64,000 bases of DNA from an uncultured Gammaproteobacteria bacterium (GTDB lineage: Bacteria > Patescibacteriota > Microgenomatia > Levybacterales > GWA1-39-11), in the NCBI GenBank assembly GCA_964425075.1, contig CAYRKM010000002.1, positions 162,898 to 226,897 of the forward strand. Reading direction: 5' to 3'. Shown here piece by piece: positions 37,548-47,576 of the stretch. Under the pieces are notes generated by a model. The model saw nothing but the letters and a program-made list of their open reading frames with translations, searched no databases and was not told the DNA's origin. The first letter of the stretch is position 1, and each line of letters opens with the position of its first letter. Made by a program: the position numbers and the translations under genes.

Positions 37548-38813
37548 ATGGATAGTCATTTGAAAAAAGGGCTCATAGAAAAAGCCAACGAAATTTTTGA
37601 GATAAATACAATCCAAGGACATTCCGACTGGAAAAATACGGATTACAAATTTATTGCTCCCGCAAATAAAGAATATGTCTATCAATGGTTGTGGGATACT
37701 TCCTTTCATGCAATTGTTCTTTCTCATTTTGATACTTCCTGGGCAAAAAATGAAATTAGAACATTGTTAATTGCTCAGTGGGAAAACGGTTTTTTACCAC
37801 ACATTATTTTTTGGGGCAAGAAAAGAAGACTGCCACACTGGGCATACATTGAAAGTGCGCTTTCTATAAGACCACGCAGTACTTCAATTACCCAACCACC
37901 AGTTATAGCGCTTGCTGTTGAAAGTATTTATACAAAGGATAAAGATAAAGAATTTTTGAGAGAAGTTTTACCAAAAATTGCTAATTTACATAGATGGCTA
38001 ATTGAGAATCGTGATATTGATAATGACAACCTTCTTTCTATTATTTCTCCAAATGAAAGTGGGATGGATGAACTACCTGTCTTTCAAGTAGCTGCAGGAT
38101 ACACTGGACTTAATACCACTAGGCTTCATTATATATACAGAAAAGGAGATTTTCTAAATCATAGATATAGATTTAACAACAAGAAAATTTTGGAAAAAGA
38201 TTATTTTAATGTCGAGGAATTATTGTTCAACACTGTTTTTGTAGAGAGTTCGCGTGCACTTTCAAGGCTTTTTAAAGAAATTGGGAATAATGAAGAATCT
38301 GATTATTTTAAAGAGGTAGCTAAAAAAAGCGAAAGTTCACTTCTTGAAAAATGCTGGGACGAAAAAGATGAGATATTCTACTCACTTTATTCAAAGAGTG
38401 AAAAATTCGCAAAAGTTAAAACAGTTGCCTCCCTTGTTCCCTTATTTCTTGAAGGGCTTAAAGGCGATAAGCTTGATAAATTAGTTAACAAACATCTATT
38501 AAATCCGGATGAATTTTATACACCCTACCCTTTTCCAAGTGTTTCAAAAGACGAACTTTATTATGAACCAGAAGACACTCCTCTTTATAAAATTAAGCTA
38601 GTTTGGCGAGGACCAACATGGATAGCTACAAATTGGCTGGTTGTAAAAGGCCTAAGGCGCCATGGATACAATAAAATCGCAGATGATGTTGTTAGAAAAA
38701 TGAGCGAGATGATACAGCGCGAAGGATTTCGGGAATACTACAATCCGGAGACGGGTGAAGGATATAGGCGTCACAACTTCGGCTGGAGTACTCTTATTGT
38801 TGATCTACTTTAA
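37548..38813 (+). CDS. (alpha/alpha)6-barrel glycoside-hydrolase-like protein (GH63/GH37/mannosylglycerate-hydrolase-like)
   Basis: WLWDTSFHAIVLSHFD, WENGFLPH, C-terminal YNPETGEGYRRHNFGWSTL. Confidence 0.6.
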   Translation: MDSHLKKGLIEKANEIFEINTIQGHSDWKNTDYKFIAPANKEYVYQWLWDTSFHAIVLSHFDTSWAKNEIRTLLIAQWENGFLPHIIFWGKKRRLPHWAYIESALSIRPRSTSITQPPVIALAVESIYTKDKDKEFLREVLPKIANLHRWLIENRDIDNDNLLSIISPNESGMDELPVFQVAAGYTGLNTTRLHYIYRKGDFLNHRYRFNNKKILEKDYFNVEELLFNTVFVESSRALSRLFKEIGNNEESDYFKEVAKKSESSLLEKCWDEKDEIFYSLYSKSEKFAKVKTVASLVPLFLEGLKGDKLDKLVNKHLLNPDEFYTPYPFPSVSKDELYYEPEDTPLYKIKLVWRGPTWIATNWLVVKGLRRHGYNKIADDVVRKMSEMIQREGFREYYNPETGEGYRRHNFGWSTLIVDLL

Positions 38814-38840
38814 ACATTGCTTTCTCCGGATTGAGCTTCT

Positions 38841-38911
38841 AATCCGGAGACAGGTGAAGGTTACCGGAGAAAAAACTTTGGCTGGTGCACGCTCCTAATT
38901 GACTTACTTTA
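38841..38911 (+). pseudogene. duplicated 3'-end fragment of the upstream glycosidase gene (encodes NPETGEGYRRKNFGWCTLLIDLL*)
   Basis: About 70 nt, about 75% identical to 38743-38813 and includes its own TAA; no start codon. Confidence 0.6.
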
Positions 38912-38930
38912 AGCTATGATTTGCCTTAAG

Positions 38931-39587
38931 CTAAACCCTCTTATTTAAAAGCTTTGCAACTATTATTATAAAAAGATCAATTCCTATTGGGATTAAAAGA
39001 AAATATACCCCCAACTTAACTACTGAGGGACTTATCAATTCTCCTAAGAAACCAAAACTTGCCATTCTTACGCCAACCAAAAACAAACCTCCTAAAATAA
39101 TCAAAATAAAAACAAAAAATTCTATCGCCCCTTCCATATCTTTTTTCGAAGAATACATCGAATTTGAAATAACAAAAATTAGATAAAGAAAAAGCCCGGT
39201 AATCAAATTTAAACCAATTAATTTATTATCAAACACATACCACATAGACACTAATAAAATACTTGTTCCTACAAAAAACGGAGCAACTCCTATAAAAAAA
39301 TTGCGGATAAAATCAGTCTTACCTACTTCAACACTTCCTAGTTTCAAACTATCGTCCGACATTTCCGGCATAAGTTCCATCTTGCCTACGTTGACAAAAA
39401 GCAGTTTTGCAACAATTGCATGAGACAATTCATGAATTAATGTTCCGGGTAAAAAAATAAGCGCAATCAAATATGTTGAAATAAATCTGCTTCTTGAAAC
39501 ACGATGGAAAAAAATTGAAAGTTCGCGGGTTAAAAATCTGGAAAGAATGAAAAGAAAAAAAAGCTCCAGGAAAAATATAAAAAGCAT
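38931..39587 (-). CDS. membrane HExxH protein (peptidase M50B/COG1994-like)
   Basis: PGTLIHELSHAIVAKLLF within a TM helix, 5-6 TM. Confidence 0.55.
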   Translation of the reverse strand: MLFIFFLELFFLFILSRFLTRELSIFFHRVSRSRFISTYLIALIFLPGTLIHELSHAIVAKLLFVNVGKMELMPEMSDDSLKLGSVEVGKTDFIRNFFIGVAPFFVGTSILLVSMWYVFDNKLIGLNLITGLFLYLIFVISNSMYSSKKDMEGAIEFFVFILIILGGLFLVGVRMASFGFLGELISPSVVKLGVYFLLIPIGIDLFIIIVAKLLNKRV

Positions 39588-39599
39588 AAATCTATCGTA

Positions 39600-40085
39600 T
39601 CATGCTTTACTGATAAAGCTTAGTAGGTAATCGGGCACTCTATCCTCCCATTTTTCTTTCTTATTCATTAATTGTCTGATCTGTACCCCTTCCCAAACGT
39701 GACGTTTCTTAAAACCTATCGCTATAGCAGGAATTCCATGTCTCTCAATAATCCCATTGTTCCATGGGTTATTTCCAATTGTTACATCAAATTGACCCGT
39801 CGCTTTTTGTAAATTTTGAAACCAAACATCATCGTCCGGATTATCAAATAGAGGAATAATGTCTTTTACATTTTTTTCCAATCCTTCGTGTTGTAAAAAT
39901 GTCTCTATAACCTTTTTCCTTTCTTCCCAACTCCAGGGATTTTTTTCATCACTCTTATTCGCACTCCCTATTCCAATAATTATTTTATCAGCAAGTTTTA
40001 ACGACTCTTCAATAAGATATTTGTGTCCCTTATGGAAAGGTTGAAATCGACCTATTATAAACCCTAATCTGTATTTTTTGCTCAT
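39600..40085 (-). CDS. nadM: nicotinamide-nucleotide adenylyltransferase, archaeal NadM-type cytidylyltransferase fold
   Basis: GRFQPFHKGH (HxGH), about 160 aa. Confidence 0.8.
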   Translation of the reverse strand: MSKKYRLGFIIGRFQPFHKGHKYLIEESLKLADKIIIGIGSANKSDEKNPWSWEERKKVIETFLQHEGLEKNVKDIIPLFDNPDDDVWFQNLQKATGQFDVTIGNNPWNNGIIERHGIPAIAIGFKKRHVWEGVQIRQLMNKKEKWEDRVPDYLLSFISKA

Positions 40086-40126
40086 GATATTTTTTGAAAA
40101 ATTAATGAAGTCTTGATATGAAAAAT

Positions 40127-40696
40127 TTATGAATTAGTCGAAACAGTTATTCCTACCTCAGGACTGTTTGCACACAAATCAATTAACGAAGAGTATGCTT
40201 CTATGTCCGAGGGAAGGGATGGTCTACTGGTAGCCGGACCATTAGGGTTGTGGCCTGGCCCAATTGGCGTAAAATCAGATATTGGGGTGTATGCTCTTGC
40301 TTTTGATTCAATGGTCGCCTGATAACCGCTTACTACCAATTGCTCGTCAAGGCCACTAAGTCCAACCTTAAATACTTCTTGTCCAATTCCGGTTCGTGAA
40401 GAACTTATTTTTACATCAATGCTTGAATCTTCAACTGGAATTCTGCAATCAACACTTAACTGTTCTAACCGTAGAGTTCGTGCTACTACAGACGCAACAA
40501 AATCTTCTCTTGTGGTATTGTCTTCTTCTAATTGTCCGTCATTGGTGTCTGGAAACTGAGCATCAATAAATCCTTTTATAGTTACTCTTAATTCGGGAAC
40601 CATTTCCTTAGCCTCTTGCACCAACTGATCGTGTTCCCTTTTTGACTGTAGATTGTCGTATGCTCGACCAATTAATAAATGCGTATCTCTATCCAT
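40127..40696 (-). CDS. hypothetical protein (189 aa), acidic with atypical composition
   Basis: No family recognized. Confidence 0.4.
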   Translation of the reverse strand: MDRDTHLLIGRAYDNLQSKREHDQLVQEAKEMVPELRVTIKGFIDAQFPDTNDGQLEEDNTTREDFVASVVARTLRLEQLSVDCRIPVEDSSIDVKISSSRTGIGQEVFKVGLSGLDEQLVVSGYQATIESKARAYTPISDFTPIGPGHNPNGPATSRPSLPSDIEAYSSLIDLCANSPEVGITVSTNS

Positions 40697-40742
40697 TGTT
40701 AATCAAAATTATATTCCAAAAAATATCTTTGTCAAATCAATA

Positions 40743-41468
40743 TCAAAACTGACCCCTAAGATATTTTTGACGGGTATCGGGCGGGAAATGCTCTATTGAA
40801 TACCTCAGCATAGTTCTTGGCATTGTTTTGTATCGAGTCAAAAGATATTTCTCTAATTCTTCTTTAGAAACTCTTTTTCCCACTTCTCTTAACATCCACC
40901 CCACAGCTTTTTGAATGAGATCATGCACTTGTCCTGAGCCTGTCGAAGGATCATTTAATAATAAATCCGCAATTTGAAAGGTATCCTTAAATTCTCTATT
41001 CCCAATAAACGCCGCAGTTGAGATAATTGCAATTCTTCTCTCCCAAAGATTATCTGACTTTACTAATTTGTACAAAATATTTCTATCACGATTTATTAAA
41101 TATTCTCCAACTATTTTATGCGCAGAACTGTCCACCAAATCCCAATTATTAATACACTTTGTGTTAGCCAAATAAAATTTATAAATTACTTCTTTTTCTT
41201 TATCATTTCCCTTCTCAAATTTAGAAACTAAAATAAAAAGAGCAACCAATCTTTCTTCATGAAATTCTGACTGAAGGAGTTTTTTAATTTCATCCAAACT
41301 AAGATCTTTATATTTTTGTGCAATTACCCGTTGCTCTGGAACTGTTACACCCAAAAATTTATCACCATAACCATACTGTCCTTTACCGGTTTTGAAAAAC
41401 CACGCATTTGCCTTAGCTTTCTTAGGAGTTGCAACTTTTCGAAGTTCTTGTTGAAGATTGATTATCAT
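40743..41468 (-). CDS. DNA alkylation repair protein (AlkD/AlkC HEAT-like repeat family)
   Basis: WFFKTGKGQYGYGDKFLGVTVP, WDLVD, ERRIAIIST. Confidence 0.8.
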   Translation of the reverse strand: MIINLQQELRKVATPKKAKANAWFFKTGKGQYGYGDKFLGVTVPEQRVIAQKYKDLSLDEIKKLLQSEFHEERLVALFILVSKFEKGNDKEKEVIYKFYLANTKCINNWDLVDSSAHKIVGEYLINRDRNILYKLVKSDNLWERRIAIISTAAFIGNREFKDTFQIADLLLNDPSTGSGQVHDLIQKAVGWMLREVGKRVSKEELEKYLLTRYKTMPRTMLRYSIEHFPPDTRQKYLRGQF

Positions 41469-42083
41469 CTAAAAAGAAAGAGTCATAAAGCCACCTTTAC
41501 CAATTTCTTGCCAACGATTAACATACAATACAGTTGCCATATTATCTCGTTGCCGCTCGCCGTCGTCGTCCTGTTGCTCACCATCGTCCTGCTGCCTACC
41601 GCTCTGCTCAAGAGTTTTGATGATTGAATATAATGCACCTACGTTCTCTTCATTTATTGGACTATTAACAATAGGACCCCTTCTAGGTTTTGCTCTGTAG
41701 GTGAAATCATTCTCGCGATCAATTACAGCCCTTCCATCATCAAGATCATAAAAAGCCACTGATTCATAAGTAAAATTCCCATTTCTTCTTAACCTATATT
41801 GGATTCCCATGTCATTATTACCGTCACTATCTGGTGGAATTGAAATTGTTATGTCCTCCAAATCTCCATTAACCCCCTCTTCAACATCGGTTGGAGTTCT
41901 TCCAAAATTTATCTTAACACCAGAGACTGGGAAACGTACTTCTACTGTTTCAAAACCGCTTGATATACCGGCAGGATTTCTCGGATCCACATCCAATGAT
42001 TTTATTTCAATTCCTAAACCGAGAACTCTATCTCTCAACATTTGTTTGTCCGCAGAAGACAATTGTTTTGGTTTCTCTAACAT
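41469..42083 (-). CDS. hypothetical protein (204 aa), acidic with QQDDGEQQDDDGERQRD tail region
   Basis: No family recognized. Confidence 0.4.
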   Translation of the reverse strand: MLEKPKQLSSADKQMLRDRVLGLGIEIKSLDVDPRNPAGISSGFETVEVRFPVSGVKINFGRTPTDVEEGVNGDLEDITISIPPDSDGNNDMGIQYRLRRNGNFTYESVAFYDLDDGRAVIDRENDFTYRAKPRRGPIVNSPINEENVGALYSIIKTLEQSGRQQDDGEQQDDDGERQRDNMATVLYVNRWQEIGKGGFMTLSF

Positions 42084-42132
42084 AATCTTTGGAACTTATA
42101 ACAGAACCGCCAGCTAACTGTCAATTGTAAAT

Positions 42133-43032
42133 TTAATGCACGGGGTTTTCTCTTTGTTTTTGCCTTAAATAGGTGCAACCATTTGGACAAATTTGTCCTG
42201 CCTCACTTATACATTTCTCACATAAAATAAAATGCCTATGGCAACCTACGGTATCGCAATTTATATAATGCTCTGAAGTTTCCATGCATCTTTCACATCT
42301 TCCAACCACTTCGTGTTTATCAGAGCTAGTATTAAACCCCATTAAAATTCTTCCATCAAAAACATATAGCTTCCCCTTGAAATGTTCATTTGGGTATTTT
42401 TCCATATAAGTTACAATTCCATTTTTAAGTTGATATACATCAGAAAATCCGTTTTTTACTAAAAACCCAGAAGCTTTTTCGCATCTCACTCCACCTGTAC
42501 AAACAGTTAACACCGTTTTGTCTTTAAGTGTTTCCAGGTGTGGTAAAAGCTCCGATAAATCTCTGAAATTACTAAATGGTGGCAAAATTGATCCTTCAAA
42601 GTATCCTGATTTGTGTTCATAATCATTTCGCATGTCTACGATAAAAAACTCTTTTCCCTCTTCAAACCATTTATGCAATTCCTCAGCCTCCAAATATTTT
42701 CCGGTAACCTGCCATGGTTTTATATCTTTGTCATGAAGATGTAGACTTACAATTTCTTCCCTAACTTTAACTTTGAGTTTTGGGAATGCATCTCCCGTAC
42801 CCTCTGATTTTTTCCAATCAATATCTGAGAACCTTGGGTCCCAAGACATTTCTTTTATATATTTTTCAGTATTTTCAATTGTTCCCTCTACCGTTCCATT
42901 AATACCTTCTTCTGCAAGAATAATGCGCCCTGTCAAACCTAATTTCTCACAAAGACGACGCTGTTCCCGCATTTCGTGAACCGGGTTGTCAATTGGTGTG
43001 TATTTGTAATACAAAAGAATTTGATATTTCAT
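42133..43032 (-). CDS. trhO: rhodanese-domain tRNA uridine(34) hydroxylase TrhO (UPF0176/YceA)
   Basis: MKYQILLYYKY, EGINGT, rhodanese active site CTGGVRCEKA, C-terminal Cys cluster. Confidence 0.85.
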   Translation of the reverse strand: MKYQILLYYKYTPIDNPVHEMREQRRLCEKLGLTGRIILAEEGINGTVEGTIENTEKYIKEMSWDPRFSDIDWKKSEGTGDAFPKLKVKVREEIVSLHLHDKDIKPWQVTGKYLEAEELHKWFEEGKEFFIVDMRNDYEHKSGYFEGSILPPFSNFRDLSELLPHLETLKDKTVLTVCTGGVRCEKASGFLVKNGFSDVYQLKNGIVTYMEKYPNEHFKGKLYVFDGRILMGFNTSSDKHEVVGRCERCMETSEHYINCDTVGCHRHFILCEKCISEAGQICPNGCTYLRQKQRENPVH

Positions 43033-43192
43033 ATTCTTTATTTTAACAGAAATGAGGCTAAAATTCTAACTGAATAAGCTAACTGTAAATCTTACAACAA
43101 GCCATAGTAACCCTATAGCCACAAAAAATAACCCAAGATAAAATGTGGCCTTATTGAATTCCTTCATCACTATATAATACCAAAATTGCCAG

Positions 43193-43519
43193 TTGAAACT
43201 TCTATTCCTTTTGGTAATATATTACCTTGTGGCAGCTAAATACCGACAACTATTTCTCCAGATGATTGAGGATAATAGAGACTTATTCCTCGACTTCAAA
43301 GAAATTCATGATAAATTTACAGAAGACCCCGAAAGCTTTAAGGATGAATTTAACGAGAAAGGTAAAGTGCTCGTTGAGATTATAAGAGAATATGAATTGA
43401 AGCTTACCGCCCAACAAAACAGGGGACAATATTCGAAGTTTTCTTCTAATTTGTCAGATAAGTTCTGGGACCAAATTAGAGGTTTCCTGCCAAAAATTGA
43501 TTTTGTTGGTGTTAAATAG
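43193..43519 (+). CDS. hypothetical protein
   Basis: Charged ORF; start may be the internal MIEDNRD. Confidence 0.35.
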   Translation: MKLLFLLVIYYLVAAKYRQLFLQMIEDNRDLFLDFKEIHDKFTEDPESFKDEFNEKGKVLVEIIREYELKLTAQQNRGQYSKFSSNLSDKFWDQIRGFLPKIDFVGVK

Positions 43520-43550
43520 GTAGAAAGTAGAATGTAGTATGTATCAAGTA
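43519..43550. repeat. TAG-rich repeat copy (GGTAGAAAGTAGAATGTAGTATG)
   Basis: Shares GTAGAATGTAGTA with copies at 53245, 53651 (reverse complement) and 1000 (reverse complement). Confidence 0.5.
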
Positions 43551-43766
43551 TTTTTTTTGATGCAATGGGGAGTTCCCTCCTCATTTTGAAAAGAACGCAT
43601 GAAACAGTGAGTGATTGAACGCCCGAAAAGCTGAAAAGCCCGAACAAAGTGAGCTGGCGAAGCTTTTAGTGAAAGATCGAACTGTTAAATGCATGAATTT
43701 TCAATTGAGGAGAGCTTCTGCTTCTCTTGTCGGCACAAGAGAAGAAAAAACTATATAATTAAAAAT

Positions 43767-44102
43767 ATGGATAAAATAACTGAACTTAAAATCGAGGACT
43801 TAGTTGAAGGAAATGGCCCAGAAGTAAAATCCGGCGATACCGTTGTCATGCACTACACTGGAACTTTCCAAGACGGTGAAAAATTTGACTCTTCATATGA
43901 TAGAGGGATGCCTTTTGAAACAAAAATTGGAGTAGGGAGAGTCATAGCCGGTTGGGACAAGGGCGTCCCTGGAATGAAAGTTGGAGGCAAAAGAAAATTA
44001 TATATTCCCTATACTCTAGCGTATGGCGAAGAAGGAGCTGGAGACGTCATTCCCCCACTTGAGGATTTGCTTTTTGAAGTTGAATTGGTTGCTATAAAAT
44101 AG
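43767..44102 (+). CDS. FKBP-type peptidyl-prolyl cis-trans isomerase
   Basis: VVMHYTGTFQDGEKFDSSYDRGMPFETKIGVGRVIAGWDKGVPGMKVGGKRKLYIPYTLAYGEEG ... LLFEVEL; start at the internal ATG. Confidence 0.88.
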   Translation: MDKITELKIEDLVEGNGPEVKSGDTVVMHYTGTFQDGEKFDSSYDRGMPFETKIGVGRVIAGWDKGVPGMKVGGKRKLYIPYTLAYGEEGAGDVIPPLEDLLFEVELVAIK

Positions 44103-44103
44103 A

Positions 44104-44132
44104 ACTAAACGCTAAATGCTAACCGCTAGACG
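44104..44132. repeat. ACTAAACGCTAAA-type short repeat at a convergent gene junction
   Basis: actaaacgctaaatgctaaccgctagacgc; relatives at 49192 and 50429. Confidence 0.45.
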
Positions 44133-44144
44133 CTTCTTCCCTTC

Positions 44145-45707
44145 TTACCCCAACTCTTCTCTTTTTGTATTTAGGAAGAAAAACCACTGATCAAAAAATC
44201 CGACAAGCCCCTTAAATGGTGTTTCTATAAGAAAGTCTAGTATAAACAAGAATATATTTATTTGAGAAATCCCTTCCGTTAAATATCTTCCAACACGAGC
44301 AATTGGCGTAAAGAAGAAGTCGATTAGAGGAGTAATAACTGTAAGACTTCGCTGGACTGTAAATTCACGCGCTGTGATACTAATCCGATACGCTAAGAAT
44401 GAAACAATAGCTAAGAAAAATATAAATACCATTTGAGAGACAGGATTAAATTTCAAAAGAGACAAAGTAAGAGTAATAGCACCAAAACTTAGAAGAAAAG
44501 CAAAAACCCACAATACACTAAATATTATCTCCAAAATAGTCATTGGGCGTTTTCTACTTTCAGGAAATAATAGTACTCGTCCAACTTTAGGATCAGGATC
44601 AAATAAAATTTTGCGAATCCTTTCAACAATAATTTGGGAATTTTTGCTTCCAGGTGGCCTTATCCATAGACCTGCCAAGATCATGATTAGAGTCGGAATG
44701 ATAATATTGAGTGAAAGACTTAACCACTGTATTTCTCCGTATACAATTTTCTCGTATGTTCCCTCCACAAAAAAAGCAAAGAAAACCTTAGACAACAGAA
44801 TAAAAATCACACTTCTTATAATTGCACGTCTAACTTTCTCAGAGATTGTTTTATATTTTCTTTTGCATGTTTCAATAATTTCATTAGTTAAAGCATGTTC
44901 GTCTTGCGAAAGCTCTTCAAAGTTCTCAGAATTTTTTATAATATCTTCCATAATAAGAAAAGGCGGAATTTGACGTTTGACGTATGAGAGAATTTTGTAT
45001 CTTGCTGGATGAGTCAGCTGTGCCTCAATAGTTTTGTGCGCTTTTGGAAATTCATCAATAATATCCTCCACTTTTTTTTCTGTCATTTTTCCAAAATATT
45101 GAGTAAATAATGCATGGTGCAAAAAGGCTATATCGTCTTTTGAGTATGCTTTACGAATTGCAATAAAAGTTTGAACATTTTTTTGCTCCTCGTGTTCCGG
45201 GGTGGACTCGATATTTTTTTCAAGAATGTAGAAAATAAAATTACTTAATGCATCCTCTACTTCATTTGGATTTATTTCCCCTTCAATTTCTGCAGAAAGA
45301 AGTTGGAACATCAGTGGACGAATTTTTGCCTCCTTCATCCCGTGAGATTTAACAACTCCACTTTTAACTTCAAGATAAAAATCAATTATTTTCTCAATTT
45401 TCTTAATTGACTCTTCTGTAAGAATGGCTTCCGGTAAATATCTTGCCCAAACCAACTCCTGAAGCAAATGCTTTGCAGTAGTCTCACCATTTCCACCCAA
45501 TGCAAGACGGCGTTTCAAAATTCTCTCAATTGAAGCTCTTAAAATTACTTCTTCATCCCTATACTCAATTGAATTTCTAAATTTTTCATACCAACTTGCA
45601 AGCTCCGCAACGAGAGGATTTACACCGGATGAGGAATCAGAAGTTAATTGTTTTGAATTGTTAACTAGAGAAACAATGTGCTGTGAGAATTTGTTGAGGG
45701 TTTGCAT
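44145..45707 (-). CDS. hypothetical membrane protein (520 aa; soluble N-terminal half, polytopic C-terminal half)
   Basis: Hydropathy; no family recognized. Confidence 0.5.
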   Translation of the reverse strand: MQTLNKFSQHIVSLVNNSKQLTSDSSSGVNPLVAELASWYEKFRNSIEYRDEEVILRASIERILKRRLALGGNGETTAKHLLQELVWARYLPEAILTEESIKKIEKIIDFYLEVKSGVVKSHGMKEAKIRPLMFQLLSAEIEGEINPNEVEDALSNFIFYILEKNIESTPEHEEQKNVQTFIAIRKAYSKDDIAFLHHALFTQYFGKMTEKKVEDIIDEFPKAHKTIEAQLTHPARYKILSYVKRQIPPFLIMEDIIKNSENFEELSQDEHALTNEIIETCKRKYKTISEKVRRAIIRSVIFILLSKVFFAFFVEGTYEKIVYGEIQWLSLSLNIIIPTLIMILAGLWIRPPGSKNSQIIVERIRKILFDPDPKVGRVLLFPESRKRPMTILEIIFSVLWVFAFLLSFGAITLTLSLLKFNPVSQMVFIFFLAIVSFLAYRISITAREFTVQRSLTVITPLIDFFFTPIARVGRYLTEGISQINIFLFILDFLIETPFKGLVGFFDQWFFFLNTKREELG

Positions 45708-45757
45708 GGGTGGATAGTATTGTATACCCCACAGCTAAAGTTGGCAAACAAATTTAG

Positions 45758-46366
45758 CTAAATCAAAAACATAACCAATCCCATGGCCGACATTAAAAGA
45801 TCTTCAGTAAGTGTAATTTTAGTCATCGGAAGTTTAAGTTTTGCACCAAGACATGCGCATTGAAATTTTCTGTTTGACTTCAAAGCTCCAAATACACCAA
45901 TTGCAGAAATCCCCATAATCAAAAAGGTGATAAGGCTTACGATTCTTATCTGAAATGAGAAAAGCAAACAAAAACCTAGTAATAATTCTATAAATGGATA
46001 AGAAAACGCATACAATCTGCTTCGTTTTGCAAGTAAGTCATATGTTTGATAGGCATCTGCAAAACCCTTTACGTCAAGTAATTTAAATCCCGAAAAAGTA
46101 AGGAAAAACCCACCCATAAAAATCTGCATTTGCTTATTCCATTGATCCAATCCAAGCACCATGCTTACAATAAATGTAAAAACAATCACACCAAAAATTA
46201 TTACAAAAAGCGGGAAGAGTTCTTTAAAGCTATCTATTCGATTATTCTTATGCGCTGTGTGCTTATTTTCGTCTCCTCTTCTCACCAAATTCATGCCACA
46301 TTTCGGACAATTTCCAGGTTTGTCGTCCTGTACTTCTGGATGCATTGGACAATAATATTTCTTCAT
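45758..46366 (-). CDS. fusion of an N-terminal heavy-metal-binding domain (CPMHPE...CPKCGM) with a MauE/DoxX-like membrane domain
   Basis: YYCPMHPEVQDDKPGNCPKCGMNL, then 4 TM with a CxC in the last helix (FQCACLGA). Confidence 0.68.
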   Translation of the reverse strand: MKKYYCPMHPEVQDDKPGNCPKCGMNLVRRGDENKHTAHKNNRIDSFKELFPLFVIIFGVIVFTFIVSMVLGLDQWNKQMQIFMGGFFLTFSGFKLLDVKGFADAYQTYDLLAKRSRLYAFSYPFIELLLGFCLLFSFQIRIVSLITFLIMGISAIGVFGALKSNRKFQCACLGAKLKLPMTKITLTEDLLMSAMGLVMFLI

Positions 46367-46429
46367 GTTTATATTCTACACCCTTTAATTTTCCTTTTTA
46401 TAAAAAAGTGGTACTATCGATAATACAAA

Positions 46430-47539
46430 ATGCAAAAAAACGCTATATTATCCAATTCAACACTACAACAACTTAAAAAATTAGCAAAAGAAATAATCGA
46501 GAACAAGAAAGAATTAAAACTTGGAACCACCTCTCTAACCCCAATAAATTACACAGAGGAGATGAATAAGTTTTTTAAATCAGATTCCTATAATCCAATT
46601 TTTAAGTATAGGAAAAATAAATTAGGGAATTTTAAAAAAAGAATTTCAGATTTGAAAAAACAAACCTACTCAACCCAAATGCCTGATGATATAAAAGAAC
46701 ATTTTTTAAGTATTTTGGATGAGCAAGAAATTTTATATCAGACGAAAAACTCGATTGGGAAAGAAAAGTTTTCAAATAATGCACATAAACTTTTTGACTG
46801 GGGAACAGATAGACTTGATACGCTACTTACAACAACTCCAAAAGTCACTTTTCATCTGTACACTTCACATATAATGCAAGATGCTCCAATTATTAAAAAA
46901 AGGTTTCAGGAAACTTTAAATGAATATGGGATTAAAAGTTTCAAACCAGAAATTGATTCGTTCACTACTCATATAATAGCTGTCGGATATAAAAAAATTA
47001 AAGTTGGAAGTGCCATAAAAAGATTTGAATGTAATGTAGATAGACTTATTGCTCATGAAATTGAAAGTCATGTTTTGCAGGTAGAAAATATAAAAAGAAG
47101 CCACAATCCTATCTTGGAACTTTCCAAATTTGGTAACGAGAAATTATTTACAGAAGGTCTTGCTGTTTATAATGAAATTACGACACGGGTTGTAACACCA
47201 AGCGCATTTGAAACTTACTACAATAGAATAAAAGCGGTAAGGCTTTTGAATAAAAGTTTTCGGGAAATATTTGAAACACTAGCACGCGATCTACCCCTAA
47301 AGAAAGCATATGTTATGACATATCGAGTCAAACGTGGACTACGCCACACCAAAGAACCTGGTGGATTCCCAAAGGACGCAGCATATCTTCTTGGGTTTCA
47401 CGAAGTGGAAAATTTGATAAATGAAGGGTTTGATAAAAAACTTTTATACGCTACTAAGTCACCAATCTTGACGCAAATTCTTAAGAAATATAATTTAATT
47501 GACGAAAAAAAAATTCTTACTCCTAAATTTCTACAATAG
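46430..47539 (+). CDS. DUF1704-like protein (HExxH plus QEGLA-type motif)
   Basis: IAHEIESHV and FTEGLAVYNE. Confidence 0.55.
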   Translation: MQKNAILSNSTLQQLKKLAKEIIENKKELKLGTTSLTPINYTEEMNKFFKSDSYNPIFKYRKNKLGNFKKRISDLKKQTYSTQMPDDIKEHFLSILDEQEILYQTKNSIGKEKFSNNAHKLFDWGTDRLDTLLTTTPKVTFHLYTSHIMQDAPIIKKRFQETLNEYGIKSFKPEIDSFTTHIIAVGYKKIKVGSAIKRFECNVDRLIAHEIESHVLQVENIKRSHNPILELSKFGNEKLFTEGLAVYNEITTRVVTPSAFETYYNRIKAVRLLNKSFREIFETLARDLPLKKAYVMTYRVKRGLRHTKEPGGFPKDAAYLLGFHEVENLINEGFDKKLLYATKSPILTQILKKYNLIDEKKILTPKFLQ

Positions 47540-47576
47540 ATTTTATTAAACCATTAATGTGTAGTACAATTGCCTC

